Below are positions 1-8,622 of a stretch of DNA of 51,647 nt, piece after piece (position 1 is the first letter of the stretch; every line of letters begins with the position of its first letter). Location of the stretch: the IMG/VR virus record IMGVR_UViG_3300025978_000007, positions 1 through 51,647 of that record; one strand, 5' to 3'. A program made the position numbers and the translations under genes. The notes beneath the pieces were generated by a model that saw only the letters and a program-made list of their open reading frames with translations, ran no database searches and was not told the origin of the DNA. Source of the stretch: a virus. Lineage: Duplodnaviria; Caudoviricetes.

Positions 1-99
1 AAAAAATAAGGAATTTTCTACAGCTAAAGAAGCCTCTATTTTTTGTGGGTTATCATCATCTACTACAATATTAAAAGCAGCTAAAGGGCAAAGGAAAAC
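1..99. repeat. Terminal direct repeat, left copy (identical to 51549-51647); circular assembly overlap
   Basis: First 99 nt match the last 99 nt; an ORF reads through the junction. Confidence 0.95.
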
Positions 100-133
100 T
101 GCTGGCGGATATACATGGAAACTATTAAATTAA
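1..133 (+). CDS. 3' end of the GIY-YIG homing endonuclease that starts at 51031 (NUMOD1-like tail ...KGQRKTAGGYTWKLLN*)
   Basis: Manual translation across the circular junction; TAA at 131-133. Confidence 0.9.
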   Translation, partial: KNKEFSTAKEASIFCGLSSSTTILKAAKGQRKTAGGYTWKLLN

Positions 134-161
134 TAACTCACATTTTAAAATTTATGAATAA

Positions 162-602
162 ATGAAACAAAAATTAATAGCATTAATATTCCTACTCTTA
201 TCTATCCCGGCATTGTCACAACTAAAGCCGAAAGTAGCGATATCATATAACTTTACAGATAATGTAATGGTATCTAGTAAGAGCTATACCGAGATTGGTA
301 ATACATACGTCAATAAGTGCTCTTATTCTCTCCCTAACACGGTTGTGTCAACGGGACTAGAATATATACATGGAAAACTTTCTGTGTATTACGACACTCG
401 TATATGGGTAAGGTTTATGAAAGATGATCATTCTTTCTCTCCAGAGGAAGCACGCTTTGAGTTGGGGATTAAATACCACCTGACTGATAAAATAGTTATC
501 TCCGCTAATCATGTATGTTGGCATCCGTTACAATCAGACGGGTTAAGTCATAATTCTATTTACGGAGGTAATGAGGGTATTTCAATAAGTTACGGATATT
601 AA
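162..602 (+). CDS. Exported protein, probably a small outer-membrane beta-barrel
   Basis: Signal peptide MKQKLIALIFLLLSIPALS-Q, alternating beta-strand pattern, terminal aromatic (GISISYGY). Confidence 0.6.
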   Translation: MKQKLIALIFLLLSIPALSQLKPKVAISYNFTDNVMVSSKSYTEIGNTYVNKCSYSLPNTVVSTGLEYIHGKLSVYYDTRIWVRFMKDDHSFSPEEARFELGIKYHLTDKIVISANHVCWHPLQSDGLSHNSIYGGNEGISISYGY

Positions 603-612
603 AATTATAATT

Positions 613-990
613 ATGGCAACAACACTATCTTCGAAAGAAAGAATAGCACGCAAGGAGCATAGATGTTCTTTTTGCGGCTGTATAATTCATAAAGGAGAAC
701 ACTATTTTAACTATGCAATGTTATATGATGGTTTTTATGAATGGAAAACTCACCTAGAGTGTGAAGAAATAGCATCGGAGTTGAATATGTATTCTGATTG
801 CGATAATGACGTGGGTGTAACTTCGGATGATTGGAAAGAGAGAGTATCTGATGAGTTTAACGATCGGTTCTATGATGAAGGGATCGATGATATTCGAAAA
901 GACATGCAACCTATTTATGATAATTATTATGAGATGGCAAAAGCTATTTTAGAGGATATTAAAAACAAAAATAAGAAGAAATGCGAGTAA
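613..990 (+). CDS. Zn-finger phage protein
   Basis: ARKEHRCSFC...H-x2-C pattern. Confidence 0.7.
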   Translation: MATTLSSKERIARKEHRCSFCGCIIHKGEHYFNYAMLYDGFYEWKTHLECEEIASELNMYSDCDNDVGVTSDDWKERVSDEFNDRFYDEGIDDIRKDMQPIYDNYYEMAKAILEDIKNKNKKKCE

Positions 991-1133
991 CACGAATAAT
1001 AATCAGGTACCCCGATAATTACCAGATCGCATTGTCGGTGAATTTTGTAACCGAAAATATAGATTTAATTAAAAAAGTAGTAAAAGAATATTATGGTGCA
1101 CATCATGTATTCATAAATTATGAGGAGGAATAA
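981..1133 (+). CDS. Hypothetical 50-aa protein (not in ORF track)
   Basis: MRVTRIIIRYPDNY...YEEE* fills the gap between neighbours. Confidence 0.65.
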   Translation: MRVTRIIIRYPDNYQIALSVNFVTENIDLIKKVVKEYYGAHHVFINYEEE

Positions 1134-1136
1134 ATC

Positions 1137-1445
1137 ATGGAAAAAGAATTAGATTTAATCAGAAAAGAAAGAGAACGCCAAATAAAGAAAGGATATACCA
1201 TAGATCATGACGACAACCATATAGACGGCGAATTAGTTTTGAAGTATGGAACTAGATTTTTAATTGATTACACGATAGGAATTGAAAAATGTATTCCAAA
1301 AGGAGATAAAAAGATTCTCCCGGATGATTATATAAATATTGATTTTGCTATTGATGATTTAACCAAATTATCTGCTTGTATTGTTGCTGAAATGGAAAGA
1401 TTAGAACGTTTAAAAATAAGGAATAATGAAGAAGATAATGTTTAA
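1137..1445 (+). CDS. Phage hypothetical protein (ERERQIxKGYTxxHDDxH family)
   Basis: N-terminal motif common in phage proteins. Confidence 0.65.
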   Translation: MEKELDLIRKERERQIKKGYTIDHDDNHIDGELVLKYGTRFLIDYTIGIEKCIPKGDKKILPDDYINIDFAIDDLTKLSACIVAEMERLERLKIRNNEEDNV

Positions 1446-1992
1446 TGACAAATACGGCTTAACGAAATCCGTATTAGATGGAAGTAAGACTATAACAAGG
1501 AGAATAGCTAACCCAACTTACAGAACAACTTATTGTATACGAAATTGGAATAAAATAATTGACGATGCGCAATTTATATCTAAATATAATATTAATGATA
1601 TAGTTGCAATTGCTCAAAGTTATCAAGATGCGGGGTATCACGATGATGAAAGGGAAATACCGTTAATAACCAGCACGAGTGGTTGGACTAATAAAATGTT
1701 CGTTTGTGCAGATTTAATGCCGCATCATATTGAAATTACAAATATTAGGTTAGAAAGATTACAGGATATTTCGGATGAAGATTGCTTGAAAGAAGGAATT
1801 AAAATATTTAACCCAAATCCCAATTTTAAAAAATATATTGTAGAAGGTATGGGATATTGGAGGAGTTTCGGATGTATCAATTTTGATACTCCTCGTGAAG
1901 CATATGCATCCTTAATCGATAAAATATCAGGGAAAGGAACATGGGAAAGTAACCCGTACGTATTCGTTTACGAATTTAAACTAAAAGACTAG
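1426..1992 (+). CDS. ASCH/PUA-like phage protein
   Basis: GSKTITRR, IRLERLQDISDEDCLKEG and WESNPYVFVYEF motifs. Confidence 0.75.
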   Translation: MKKIMFNDKYGLTKSVLDGSKTITRRIANPTYRTTYCIRNWNKIIDDAQFISKYNINDIVAIAQSYQDAGYHDDEREIPLITSTSGWTNKMFVCADLMPHHIEITNIRLERLQDISDEDCLKEGIKIFNPNPNFKKYIVEGMGYWRSFGCINFDTPREAYASLIDKISGKGTWESNPYVFVYEFKLKD

Positions 1993-1995
1993 AAA

Positions 1996-2214
1996 ATGGA
2001 AGCTGAAAAATTCAAACAAATTCTAATAAATAAGAATAATCTTGACATAATAGATAATCTTATTGACTGTCTCGAGAAATATCAGACTAGATTAATTGAT
2101 TCTGATATGCCATATTTGGAAGGTGCTCCAGACATTTACGAAGAACTGGATTATTACACAAAGGTGAGAGATCATATTATTAATGAATTAAAAGAACAAC
2201 AATTAAATCTTTAA
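1996..2214 (+). CDS. Hypothetical protein
   Basis: ORF in a tightly packed operon. Confidence 0.65.
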   Translation: MEAEKFKQILINKNNLDIIDNLIDCLEKYQTRLIDSDMPYLEGAPDIYEELDYYTKVRDHIINELKEQQLNL

Positions 2215-2220
2215 ATTATT

Positions 2221-2763
2221 ATGAGTAAAATAAATTGGAACGAATTAAGAGATAAAGCTTATAAGTCAGCACGTGAACATGGATTCCATGAAGGTTTTGA
2301 AAGCAAGAAAGTAGCATTAATGCTTGTTATTACTGAACTATCAGAAGCTATTGAAGCTGATAGAAATGATAGGCACGCCGACTTGGATAAATTCAAGTCA
2401 TATATAACTAAAGGAGGTGAATTTTGGAGATTCTTTATCTTGTTTATAAAGGATTCAGTAGAGGATGAACTTGCAGATACTGCAATAAGATTATTTGATT
2501 TTGCAGGCCTAAATAAAATAGACTTATCTGATAGAATTATATTTTCTTATGTTGTATCAAAGAAGAAGTCTTTTATTGAAAATTGCTTCGATATCGTTCG
2601 TGATATCGTCAACTACAAATATACGAATGAAGAATTAGTAAATTATTCGATTAGGCAGGTATTTGAGCTAGCTTCGTTTTATGATATTGATCTACTTTGG
2701 CATATTAATCAAAAGATGAAATACAACGAACTACGACCATATAAAAACGGTAAAAAATATTAA
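2221..2763 (+). CDS. MazG-like nucleotide pyrophosphohydrolase
   Basis: LVITELSEAIEADR, VEDELADTAIRLFD and KMKYNELRPYK motifs. Confidence 0.8.
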   Translation: MSKINWNELRDKAYKSAREHGFHEGFESKKVALMLVITELSEAIEADRNDRHADLDKFKSYITKGGEFWRFFILFIKDSVEDELADTAIRLFDFAGLNKIDLSDRIIFSYVVSKKKSFIENCFDIVRDIVNYKYTNEELVNYSIRQVFELASFYDIDLLWHINQKMKYNELRPYKNGKKY

Positions 2764-2765
2764 TT

Positions 2766-3014
2766 ATGAGTAAAGCAGAAAAATTTATAGAGGAACAAAG
2801 TCTACTTCCCGAACAATTCCCAACAGACGAAGAAGTCATTACTAATAAGGACGCTTTAAAGTCGATAGAGATGGCTAGAGAAGAGATAAAAGATAAAACT
2901 ATTGAATGTTTCAAATATTTTGTAAGAAACTATTGCGCTAAGCCAAACCAATGGAAAATATATGAAGAGGAGAAGCACTACATTGAAGTATTTATAGAAA
3001 TGCTAAACAAATAA
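2766..3014 (+). CDS. Hypothetical protein, paralogue of 3924-4181
   Basis: Shared MSKAE...KxIEC...EMLNK frame. Confidence 0.7.
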   Translation: MSKAEKFIEEQSLLPEQFPTDEEVITNKDALKSIEMAREEIKDKTIECFKYFVRNYCAKPNQWKIYEEEKHYIEVFIEMLNK

Positions 3015-3018
3015 AATT

Positions 3019-3219
3019 ATGGTTGAACCAACAATTACCATTTCGGTCGAACAATATAATTTTTTTATAAAATTAAGATATTCTTATTATTGCGAAATGT
3101 ATGATACCTTACATGAAGTTTTGTTGCAAAATTGTAGAAATTGGGGTGAGGCGCAACAGATATTGAATAAATATAAAGAGTTTGCTCTAATTGAACAATC
3201 TAAAATAATAAAGGAATGA
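3019..3219 (+). CDS. Hypothetical protein
   Basis: ORF with ATGA overlap to the next gene. Confidence 0.65.
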   Translation: MVEPTITISVEQYNFFIKLRYSYYCEMYDTLHEVLLQNCRNWGEAQQILNKYKEFALIEQSKIIKE

Positions 3220-3641
3220 AGACAAATATTTTGGGTCTTAAAAAGTGGAAATGGAAAGAGAATTTATCTGGTTTCTTTACATGTAATGGAAAAAGTCTTA
3301 CTGATTCGGAGGCAAGAAAAGTAATTGAATACGGAATATCAAAAGGATATAAGTATGATTCAGAAATTACCAATGAAGACGTAAAGAAAATTTTAAATGG
3401 GGAATATATGAGTAAAGAAATAATAGAAGTAAAAGCTTTTCAAGTTCCATGCTGTGAAAATGTTTTTAAAACAATGAAAGGTGCAAGAATACACATGTCT
3501 TTGTGTTGCTCTAATGTTGAAAATCGAGCTTGCAAAACATGTAAAACTTTTGAAAGTAGTCTAGGTTGTGATCATATATCTTGCGAAGGTGGATATCTTG
3601 AAGGTATTACAATTCATTGCTCGGACTGGGAAAGAAAATAA
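3216..3641 (+). CDS. Hypothetical protein with Cys-rich C-terminal half (possible fusion)
   Basis: Internal MSKEII start-like segment followed by CC/H/CxxC cluster. Confidence 0.65.
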   Translation: MKTNILGLKKWKWKENLSGFFTCNGKSLTDSEARKVIEYGISKGYKYDSEITNEDVKKILNGEYMSKEIIEVKAFQVPCCENVFKTMKGARIHMSLCCSNVENRACKTCKTFESSLGCDHISCEGGYLEGITIHCSDWERK

Positions 3642-3648
3642 AATGATT

Positions 3649-3885
3649 ATGAAAACAAATCTTTTAGGATTCTTTATTCGCAATAAAAAATCAAATGTCA
3701 ATTATTATTTTGTTTCTTATGTATATTCCAAAATTGGTGAAATACATTTTGCAAGTACGAATATTAGAGTTGATGGGGTATTTTCACTGAGACAAGTGAA
3801 AGAACTTATAGAACTTCACTTAAAATGCTCTAATTTAGCCATTTTAAATTATCATAAGATTGAAAATTATGAGTATGAAGAATAA
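3649..3885 (+). CDS. Hypothetical protein, paralogous to the C-terminal half of 5691-6116
   Basis: YFVSYVY...STNIRVDGVF...KCSNLAILNYH...EYEE; start moved to MKTNLLG. Confidence 0.7.
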   Translation: MKTNLLGFFIRNKKSNVNYYFVSYVYSKIGEIHFASTNIRVDGVFSLRQVKELIELHLKCSNLAILNYHKIENYEYEE

Positions 3886-3923
3886 TGGAATAATAAACAT
3901 AACAATATTAAAGAAGTTAAGAC

Positions 3924-4181
3924 ATGAGTAAAGCAGAAGAATATTTAGAGAAACATTTAATAGGGGCTGGTAATATTCCTCCCCAATGTCATGCATATTA
4001 CGCGGGAGATGCTAGCGAGGCAGTAGATATAGCCGATAAAGAAATGAAAGAAAAAGCAATCGAATGCCATAAAAGATGTTGCTCTTTTTACGACTTTTAT
4101 TGTAATGGATATGGCGCACGTATTCTATGCGAAGGAGATTGTCAATACATGACGGATTTTACAGAAATGCTAAACAAATAA
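3924..4181 (+). CDS. Hypothetical protein, paralogue of 2766-3014
   Basis: Shared termini; Cys cluster. Confidence 0.7.
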   Translation: MSKAEEYLEKHLIGAGNIPPQCHAYYAGDASEAVDIADKEMKEKAIECHKRCCSFYDFYCNGYGARILCEGDCQYMTDFTEMLNK

Positions 4182-4196
4182 ATTAATAAAATTATT

Positions 4197-4751
4197 ATGG
4201 GAAAAGAAAGAAAAGTAGGTAGCTTATTTATAGATAAAAAAGGAACTTGTACTACTGTATTTAAAAGTGAATTAGGATGTTTAGGATGCTTTTATCTAAA
4301 AAATGGTGGATGCACAGCTGGAAAAGAAAAGGGCGAATGTTATTGGGTAAATAGAGAAGATATGGAGAGTATAATATTTGTAAGAGAAAAAATTATGGAA
4401 AATAAAATTATGAAAAAAGAATTAGTAAAAAGTTACGAGGATGCGCTTACCTTATTAGGTAAATCAGCGCCTAGCTATTTGAATGAGATGCCAGCTAACG
4501 AGCAGGCATATCATAAGCTTTGCATTATTTGTGAGGCTTTGAACGTTGGACATGAAAAAAAAGATCGTATATATTATCCTTGGTGGTGGAAAGAAGATTT
4601 AAAAGCGGGTGTCGCGGCTCGTTATTCGTATATCGTCTTTGCGCGTGCGCCTGCGTTCTCGGGGTTTCGGCTTTGCTGTTTCGATCGAGTAACAGCACTC
4701 TATTTTGGAAGCAAACCGTTCGTAAAACTATGGCAAGATTACCTATTATGA
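4197..4751 (+). CDS. Cys-rich N-domain fused to a putative DGR-target domain (paralogue of 41272-41694)
   Basis: AYHKLCIICEALN...YYPWW...AGVAAR...SGFRLC. Confidence 0.8.
   Translation: MGKERKVGSLFIDKKGTCTTVFKSELGCLGCFYLKNGGCTAGKEKGECYWVNREDMESIIFVREKIMENKIMKKELVKSYEDALTLLGKSAPSYLNEMPANEQAYHKLCIICEALNVGHEKKDRIYYPWWWKEDLKAGVAARYSYIVFARAPAFSGFRLCCFDRVTALYFGSKPFVKLWQDYLL
4605..4676 (+). repeat. DGR-type variable region VR1
   Basis: 72 nt with only 3 A; colinear with 41548-41619 and 13277-13348; ends GGGTTTCGGCTTTGC. Confidence 0.85.
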
Positions 4752-5044
4752 TAACCATATTATTGATATTATCTTATCTACTAGGATATGTTACGTGCTT
4801 GATGATATTCCCAATATTTAATAAAATGTTGATTCATCAAAAGGATACAGTTCATTCGATATTTGTAGTATTCAAATATGTATTGAAAAGATGTAGATAC
4901 ACATGTTGGAGAATCGCATGTAATGATGAGATGCGTGCAGAGAATGCTATATTAAGAACTATATTAAGAGGTTGTTTCAAAAAGAAAAATTATTATGAAA
5001 AAAGAAGCACCAATCAAAACGGAAAAAGTGATTCGATTTCTTAA
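4748..5044 (+). CDS. Membrane-anchored hypothetical protein
   Basis: Start reassigned to ATGA overlap at 4748; N-terminal hydrophobic helix. Confidence 0.6.
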   Translation: MITILLILSYLLGYVTCLMIFPIFNKMLIHQKDTVHSIFVVFKYVLKRCRYTCWRIACNDEMRAENAILRTILRGCFKKKNYYEKRSTNQNGKSDSIS

Positions 5045-5231
5045 AGTCTATAATAAATGGAGGAGAGGGTCTATCGAAGAGATGCCTGATCAAAAAGAAA
5101 TGGGAATAATTATTGATAGAGCTATTGAGCTATTGGATGGAATGTTAAATAGAAATAGAAATGGAAACAAAAGAAAGAAAAGCATATCGAATGAATTGCC
5201 AATATTACGGAATGAACGACAACTGTTATAA
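4995..5231 (+). CDS. Phage hypothetical protein (YNKWRRG family)
   Basis: YNKWRRG...MP...GIIIDRAI motif. Confidence 0.65.
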   Translation: MKKEAPIKTEKVIRFLKVYNKWRRGSIEEMPDQKEMGIIIDRAIELLDGMLNRNRNGNKRKKSISNELPILRNERQLL

Positions 5232-5310
5232 ACACTCGAAACGTCTGAATTTTATACGAATGGAGTACAAAGACCTTTTATAATTTTGAACACTTAATAA
5301 TAAAAATAAA

Positions 5311-5685
5311 ATGAAAGTATTAAGCATAAAACAGCCTTGGGCATCATTGATCGTTCAAGGATTAAAAGACATTGAGAACAGAACGTGGAAAACAAACTTT
5401 CGTGGTAGGATACTGATACATGCGTCTCAAAATGACTTTGATTTTAGAGGAAAAATGACAAGCGAATATCAACGTGAATATATCAATAAAATTCAGAAAC
5501 CATATATTCATGGTGCTATTATTGGAAGTGTAGAAATAGTAGATTGTATAGAATCTACTTCAGATCAAAACCAATCATGGGGAGATCTATATTGTTACCA
5601 TTGGAAATTAAGAAACGCAAAGATATTAAGAGAACCTATATTTGATGTAAAAGGAAAACTAGGACTTTGGGAGTATAACAAATAA
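5311..5685 (+). CDS. ASCH domain protein
   Basis: LSIKQPWASLIVQGLKDIENRTWKTNFRGRILIHAS, GKLGLW. Confidence 0.9.
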   Translation: MKVLSIKQPWASLIVQGLKDIENRTWKTNFRGRILIHASQNDFDFRGKMTSEYQREYINKIQKPYIHGAIIGSVEIVDCIESTSDQNQSWGDLYCYHWKLRNAKILREPIFDVKGKLGLWEYNK

Positions 5686-5690
5686 TTATC

Positions 5691-6116
5691 ATGAAAAAAT
5701 ACAAAGTAAAAAAGTCTGATTTAAAAGGGAAGATAAGTAACTTCCCTTTAGATATCGTCCAAAGAATGGTAGATTACCAATCTGAACCATGTGTCGAAGC
5801 ATTCCAACTAAAAGAAGATGCTAGCCCCGAAGATGGAGGCTTCTCGTGGGGAGATACGAAAGAAGGGAAAGAATATTGGGATTTGGTTATCAATCACCAA
5901 AAATTTGATTTGGAGAAACAGGATCATTTCACGCCCTATTTCATTTCTTATGTTTACAATAAAGAGGGTGAGTTTAATTTTGGTAGCACTAATATTAAAG
6001 TCAATGGGGTATTCTTACTTAGCAAAGTGATGAAAGCTTTAGCTCTTAAGTTTAAATGTCCGAATTTGACCATTTTAAACTATCATCCGATAAAACCTTG
6101 TGAATATGAAGAATGA
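5691..6116 (+). CDS. Two-domain hypothetical protein
   Basis: GFSWGDTKEGKEYW N-domain plus C-domain paralogous to 3649-3885. Confidence 0.7.
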   Translation: MKKYKVKKSDLKGKISNFPLDIVQRMVDYQSEPCVEAFQLKEDASPEDGGFSWGDTKEGKEYWDLVINHQKFDLEKQDHFTPYFISYVYNKEGEFNFGSTNIKVNGVFLLSKVMKALALKFKCPNLTILNYHPIKPCEYEE

Positions 6117-6294
6117 ACCGATAAGCTGTAAGGATTGCATTTACTTTGGCGTATTGCAGCCAAAAAGGTCAGTTAACGACCCTGATACAAATTCATGTAA
6201 AATTATTAAAAATAAAAATTTTGTAACTAATAGTTTAATTAGATGTTCAGTAGCAGAAGTAAGAAAAGGATTAAGGAACTCGAAGAAGAAGTAA
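6100..6294 (+). CDS. Small Cys-containing hypothetical protein
   Basis: CxxCxYF motif. Confidence 0.55.
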   Translation: MNMKNEPISCKDCIYFGVLQPKRSVNDPDTNSCKIIKNKNFVTNSLIRCSVAEVRKGLRNSKKK

Positions 6295-6365
6295 GGTTGC
6301 TTAAGGCGCAGATATCTGTTAGAGATAAGTCTACAGGTAAGTTCATTAAAAGAGAGGCTAAGTAA
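6243..6365 (+). CDS. Small basic 40-aa protein (not in ORF track)
   Basis: MFSSRSKKRIKELEEEV...RDKSTGKFIKREAK*. Confidence 0.5.
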   Translation: MFSSRSKKRIKELEEEVRLLKAQISVRDKSTGKFIKREAK

Positions 6366-6375
6366 GCCTCTCTTT
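6349..6375. terminator. Bidirectional intrinsic terminator between the convergent arms
   Basis: AAAGAGAGGCT-AAGTA-AGCCTCTCTTT perfect 11-bp stem. Confidence 0.85.
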
Positions 6376-6969
6376 CTATTTGATAATTTTTATTGAATGG
6401 AAGTATGTTATTTTTGAGTGGGGATTGAAACTCTCCACTTGAATCTTATTCTGTTTTGTTTTCCATTTTATTAGTCCAAAAAGATACCGGTGTTCTTTGT
6501 AGTAATCTACGATCATGAAACTATCTTTGAGTTCATAAGTTATCAAGGCTTTACTATTTCTGAATATTATAGCTTGTATAGTAGCCCAATTATCCACATA
6601 GGACGCGTGTAGTGAACTTAAACTATCAATATATACAATTGCATCAACCGTATCTTTAATTGCGCTAGAAACGTTTTCTATCTGATTAGGTGAACCTATC
6701 TTATTTGCATAGATATATTCTTTCTTATAGATAGTCTTCACATTCTCTTTCTTCATGGACAGCACGTTTACTTGCGCAATATTTTTACCATATTTTACAG
6801 AATCAGTCAAAGAGTTTATGCTTTGTGATAATGCGAATGATACGGTTTTCTCGTGTTCATATTTGGCTTTATATTTAGTTGCTATGTAGCCTACTATGCT
6901 TAAAACCAAAAGAAGCACAGCAATTAATGCCGTGCCACCTTTATTTTGTATTTTTATCTCTTTCGACAT
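6376..6969 (-). CDS. Membrane-anchored lysis protein (i-spanin-like, DUF6549-like)
   Basis: N-terminal TM helix, helical then beta region, FGLIKW...NPHSKI tail; last gene of the late arm. Confidence 0.55.
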   Translation of the reverse strand: MSKEIKIQNKGGTALIAVLLLVLSIVGYIATKYKAKYEHEKTVSFALSQSINSLTDSVKYGKNIAQVNVLSMKKENVKTIYKKEYIYANKIGSPNQIENVSSAIKDTVDAIVYIDSLSSLHASYVDNWATIQAIIFRNSKALITYELKDSFMIVDYYKEHRYLFGLIKWKTKQNKIQVESFNPHSKITYFHSIKIIK

Positions 6970-6970
6970 A

Positions 6971-7447
6971 TCACCCAGCTTTATATACCGTAGTAACGAT
7001 CACAGCTATTTCAGCAAGTGAAAGTTTACCATCAGAGAAGTCTTTTGCAAGTAACGAAGCTATTTCGGTAAGCGTAACCGATTTATTATCTAACTCCAAT
7101 GTAGAAATATAGTTGCTTATCAAAACTATCTTTTCAGATACCGTAGTAGCGTTTGCCGATTCGTCCGCAATGTTTAAACCTGAAATTACCTTATCAATAT
7201 TATTGGTAATCCAATTTCGAACCAATACAGCAATGGTACTTCCCCATTTAGTGGCAATAACACTTACAATTGTTTCAACTGCATCTGCCTGAGATGATGC
7301 ATTGAATTTCTTTATCACATTACATACATCAATCGCAATTGGTGCGTACTTCTTTACTATCTCATCATTCATAGTCAACAAATTTGAGAACCATGAAACC
7401 ACCTTATCAAAAAGGCTTGTAATCTTTTTCCAAAAACTCATAATCAT
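6971..7447 (-). CDS. Helical hypothetical protein in the lysis region
   Basis: Amphipathic N-terminus FWKKITSLFDKVVSWF. Confidence 0.7.
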   Translation of the reverse strand: MIMSFWKKITSLFDKVVSWFSNLLTMNDEIVKKYAPIAIDVCNVIKKFNASSQADAVETIVSVIATKWGSTIAVLVRNWITNNIDKVISGLNIADESANATTVSEKIVLISNYISTLELDNKSVTLTEIASLLAKDFSDGKLSLAEIAVIVTTVYKAG

Positions 7448-7668
7448 TTTTTATTTTTACGTCCTTGTGCAGCCAATGCGGCAGCACCTTTATTACCATA
7501 TTTCTCTCTAGCAATTTTTCCGACTATCGCTCCGGCATAATCAGAAGAATATCCTTTCTTTGTTAAAGCGGATTTTATTTTCTTTGAACCGACATACGTA
7601 CCCGCTTTCTTTGCAGCAGCACGTTTTTTTAATGCCGATTTCAATGCAGGGGATTGAGTTGTTGCCAT
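7444..7668 (-). CDS. Small Lys/Ala-rich basic protein
   Basis: ORF track, start moved to ATG at 7668. Confidence 0.75.
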   Translation of the reverse strand: MATTQSPALKSALKKRAAAKKAGTYVGSKKIKSALTKKGYSSDYAGAIVGKIAREKYGNKGAAALAAQGRKNKK

Positions 7669-7808
7669 CACTTACCTTTTTTAGCCATTTTGTTCTGCAT
7701 GTAGGCACCTAACCCACCCTTAAGGTTACCTAGTTTTGAGCTAGTTGCTTTCTTTGTAGGAGTTGCTTTCTTTGGGGCAACAACCTTCTTTGTTACTTTT
7801 GCTTTCAT
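7668..7808 (-). CDS. Small Lys-rich basic 46-aa protein (not in ORF track)
   Basis: MKAKVTKKVVAPKKATPTKKATSSKLGNLKGGLGAYMQNKMAKKGK*; overlaps both neighbours. Confidence 0.75.
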   Translation of the reverse strand: MKAKVTKKVVAPKKATPTKKATSSKLGNLKGGLGAYMQNKMAKKGK

Positions 7809-8125
7809 TTTAATTTATTTTTTAATTGTTCTCTCTTTTTTATGATAGGACATTCTTCCCTATCACATAATATTACAGCGTTAAAAGCCATTTGATCTAC
7901 ATTTAAGTATCCATCTTGCTTAATTTCTTTTTCCTCTAAGTATTTCACTTTAGTTTCTAATCTATCTACTCTTACAATAAGAGTTTCTCTTTCTGTTCTT
8001 AGACCATCAACTACGGTCATTAAATTTTTTACATTCTTACTTTCTCGTTCTGTGGAAAAGTAAAGAACTAATGCCACTATACCAGAGGAAGATCCTATTA
8101 GACCTACAATCGAACCTATATCCAT
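7805..8125 (-). CDS. Holin-like protein (one TM plus coiled coil)
   Basis: Gly-rich N-terminal TM helix, heptad region, C-x4-CP tail; position after tail genes. Confidence 0.55.
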   Translation of the reverse strand: MDIGSIVGLIGSSSGIVALVLYFSTERESKNVKNLMTVVDGLRTERETLIVRVDRLETKVKYLEEKEIKQDGYLNVDQMAFNAVILCDREECPIIKKREQLKNKLK

Positions 8126-8279
8126 TATTAACCTCCTTTTCTACTTTTAATATTTTATCGAATCCTTTTTCTAATTCTTCTAACTGTTCAGGAGTTAGAT
8201 GGTCGCAATATCCGCTCTCCAATTCTCTAATAAGCCTTTTTAGAGCTTTTATTATTTTCTTTATCAGATCGTTTTCCAT
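8037..8279 (-). CDS. Small helical protein, third gene of the peptide cassette
   Basis: MENDLIKKIIKALKRLIRELESGYCDHLTPEQLEELEKG... Confidence 0.65.
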   Translation of the reverse strand: MENDLIKKIIKALKRLIRELESGYCDHLTPEQLEELEKGFDKILKVEKEVNNGYRFDCRSNRIFLWYSGISSLLFHRTRK

Positions 8280-8622
8280 ATACAAATAATATTAATGATA
8301 CAAATAGTCCTAAAATAACTACTCCTTGTATGGCGTAAAGATAATAATTAATTTTGACAATGTTTATATCAATATACTCTAAAATAAGACTTATAATAGA
8401 GGAAATGCATAAAACCCTATACCATATACAAAATTTAAAAACAAATGAAGAAATAAAACAAATAACCATAACATACATACTAGTTCCTGTTAAGCAATAA
8501 ATCCAATTAGAAATATCAATACCAATAGAATATAGTTGTACATTCAGTAGTAATTGAATATTTAGTATTATTGGGAAATATTTTAATAACCGAATTAGCA
8601 GTATGGTACAGAATTTATTCAT
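8227..8622 (-). CDS. Multi-pass (about 4 TM) membrane protein
   Basis: Four hydrophobic stretches; SFVFKFCIWYR motif. Confidence 0.8.
   Translation of the reverse strand: MNKFCTILLIRLLKYFPIILNIQLLLNVQLYSIGIDISNWIYCLTGTSMYVMVICFISSFVFKFCIWYRVLCISSIISLILEYIDINIVKINYYLYAIQGVVILGLFVSLILFVYGKRSDKENNKSSKKAY

Noticed and set aside
1-99. 99-bp terminal repeat as a biological DTR
   Set aside because: It lies mid-gene and 99 is a common assembler k-mer size, so it is most likely a circular assembly overlap.
4580-4747. Similar N-terminal extensions of track ORFs 4580-5044 and 41523-42005, and antisense ORFs 4525-4758 and 41435-41635
   Set aside because: They are stop-free because the overlapping VR is A-poor and GC-rich; better starts exist at 4748 and 41706.
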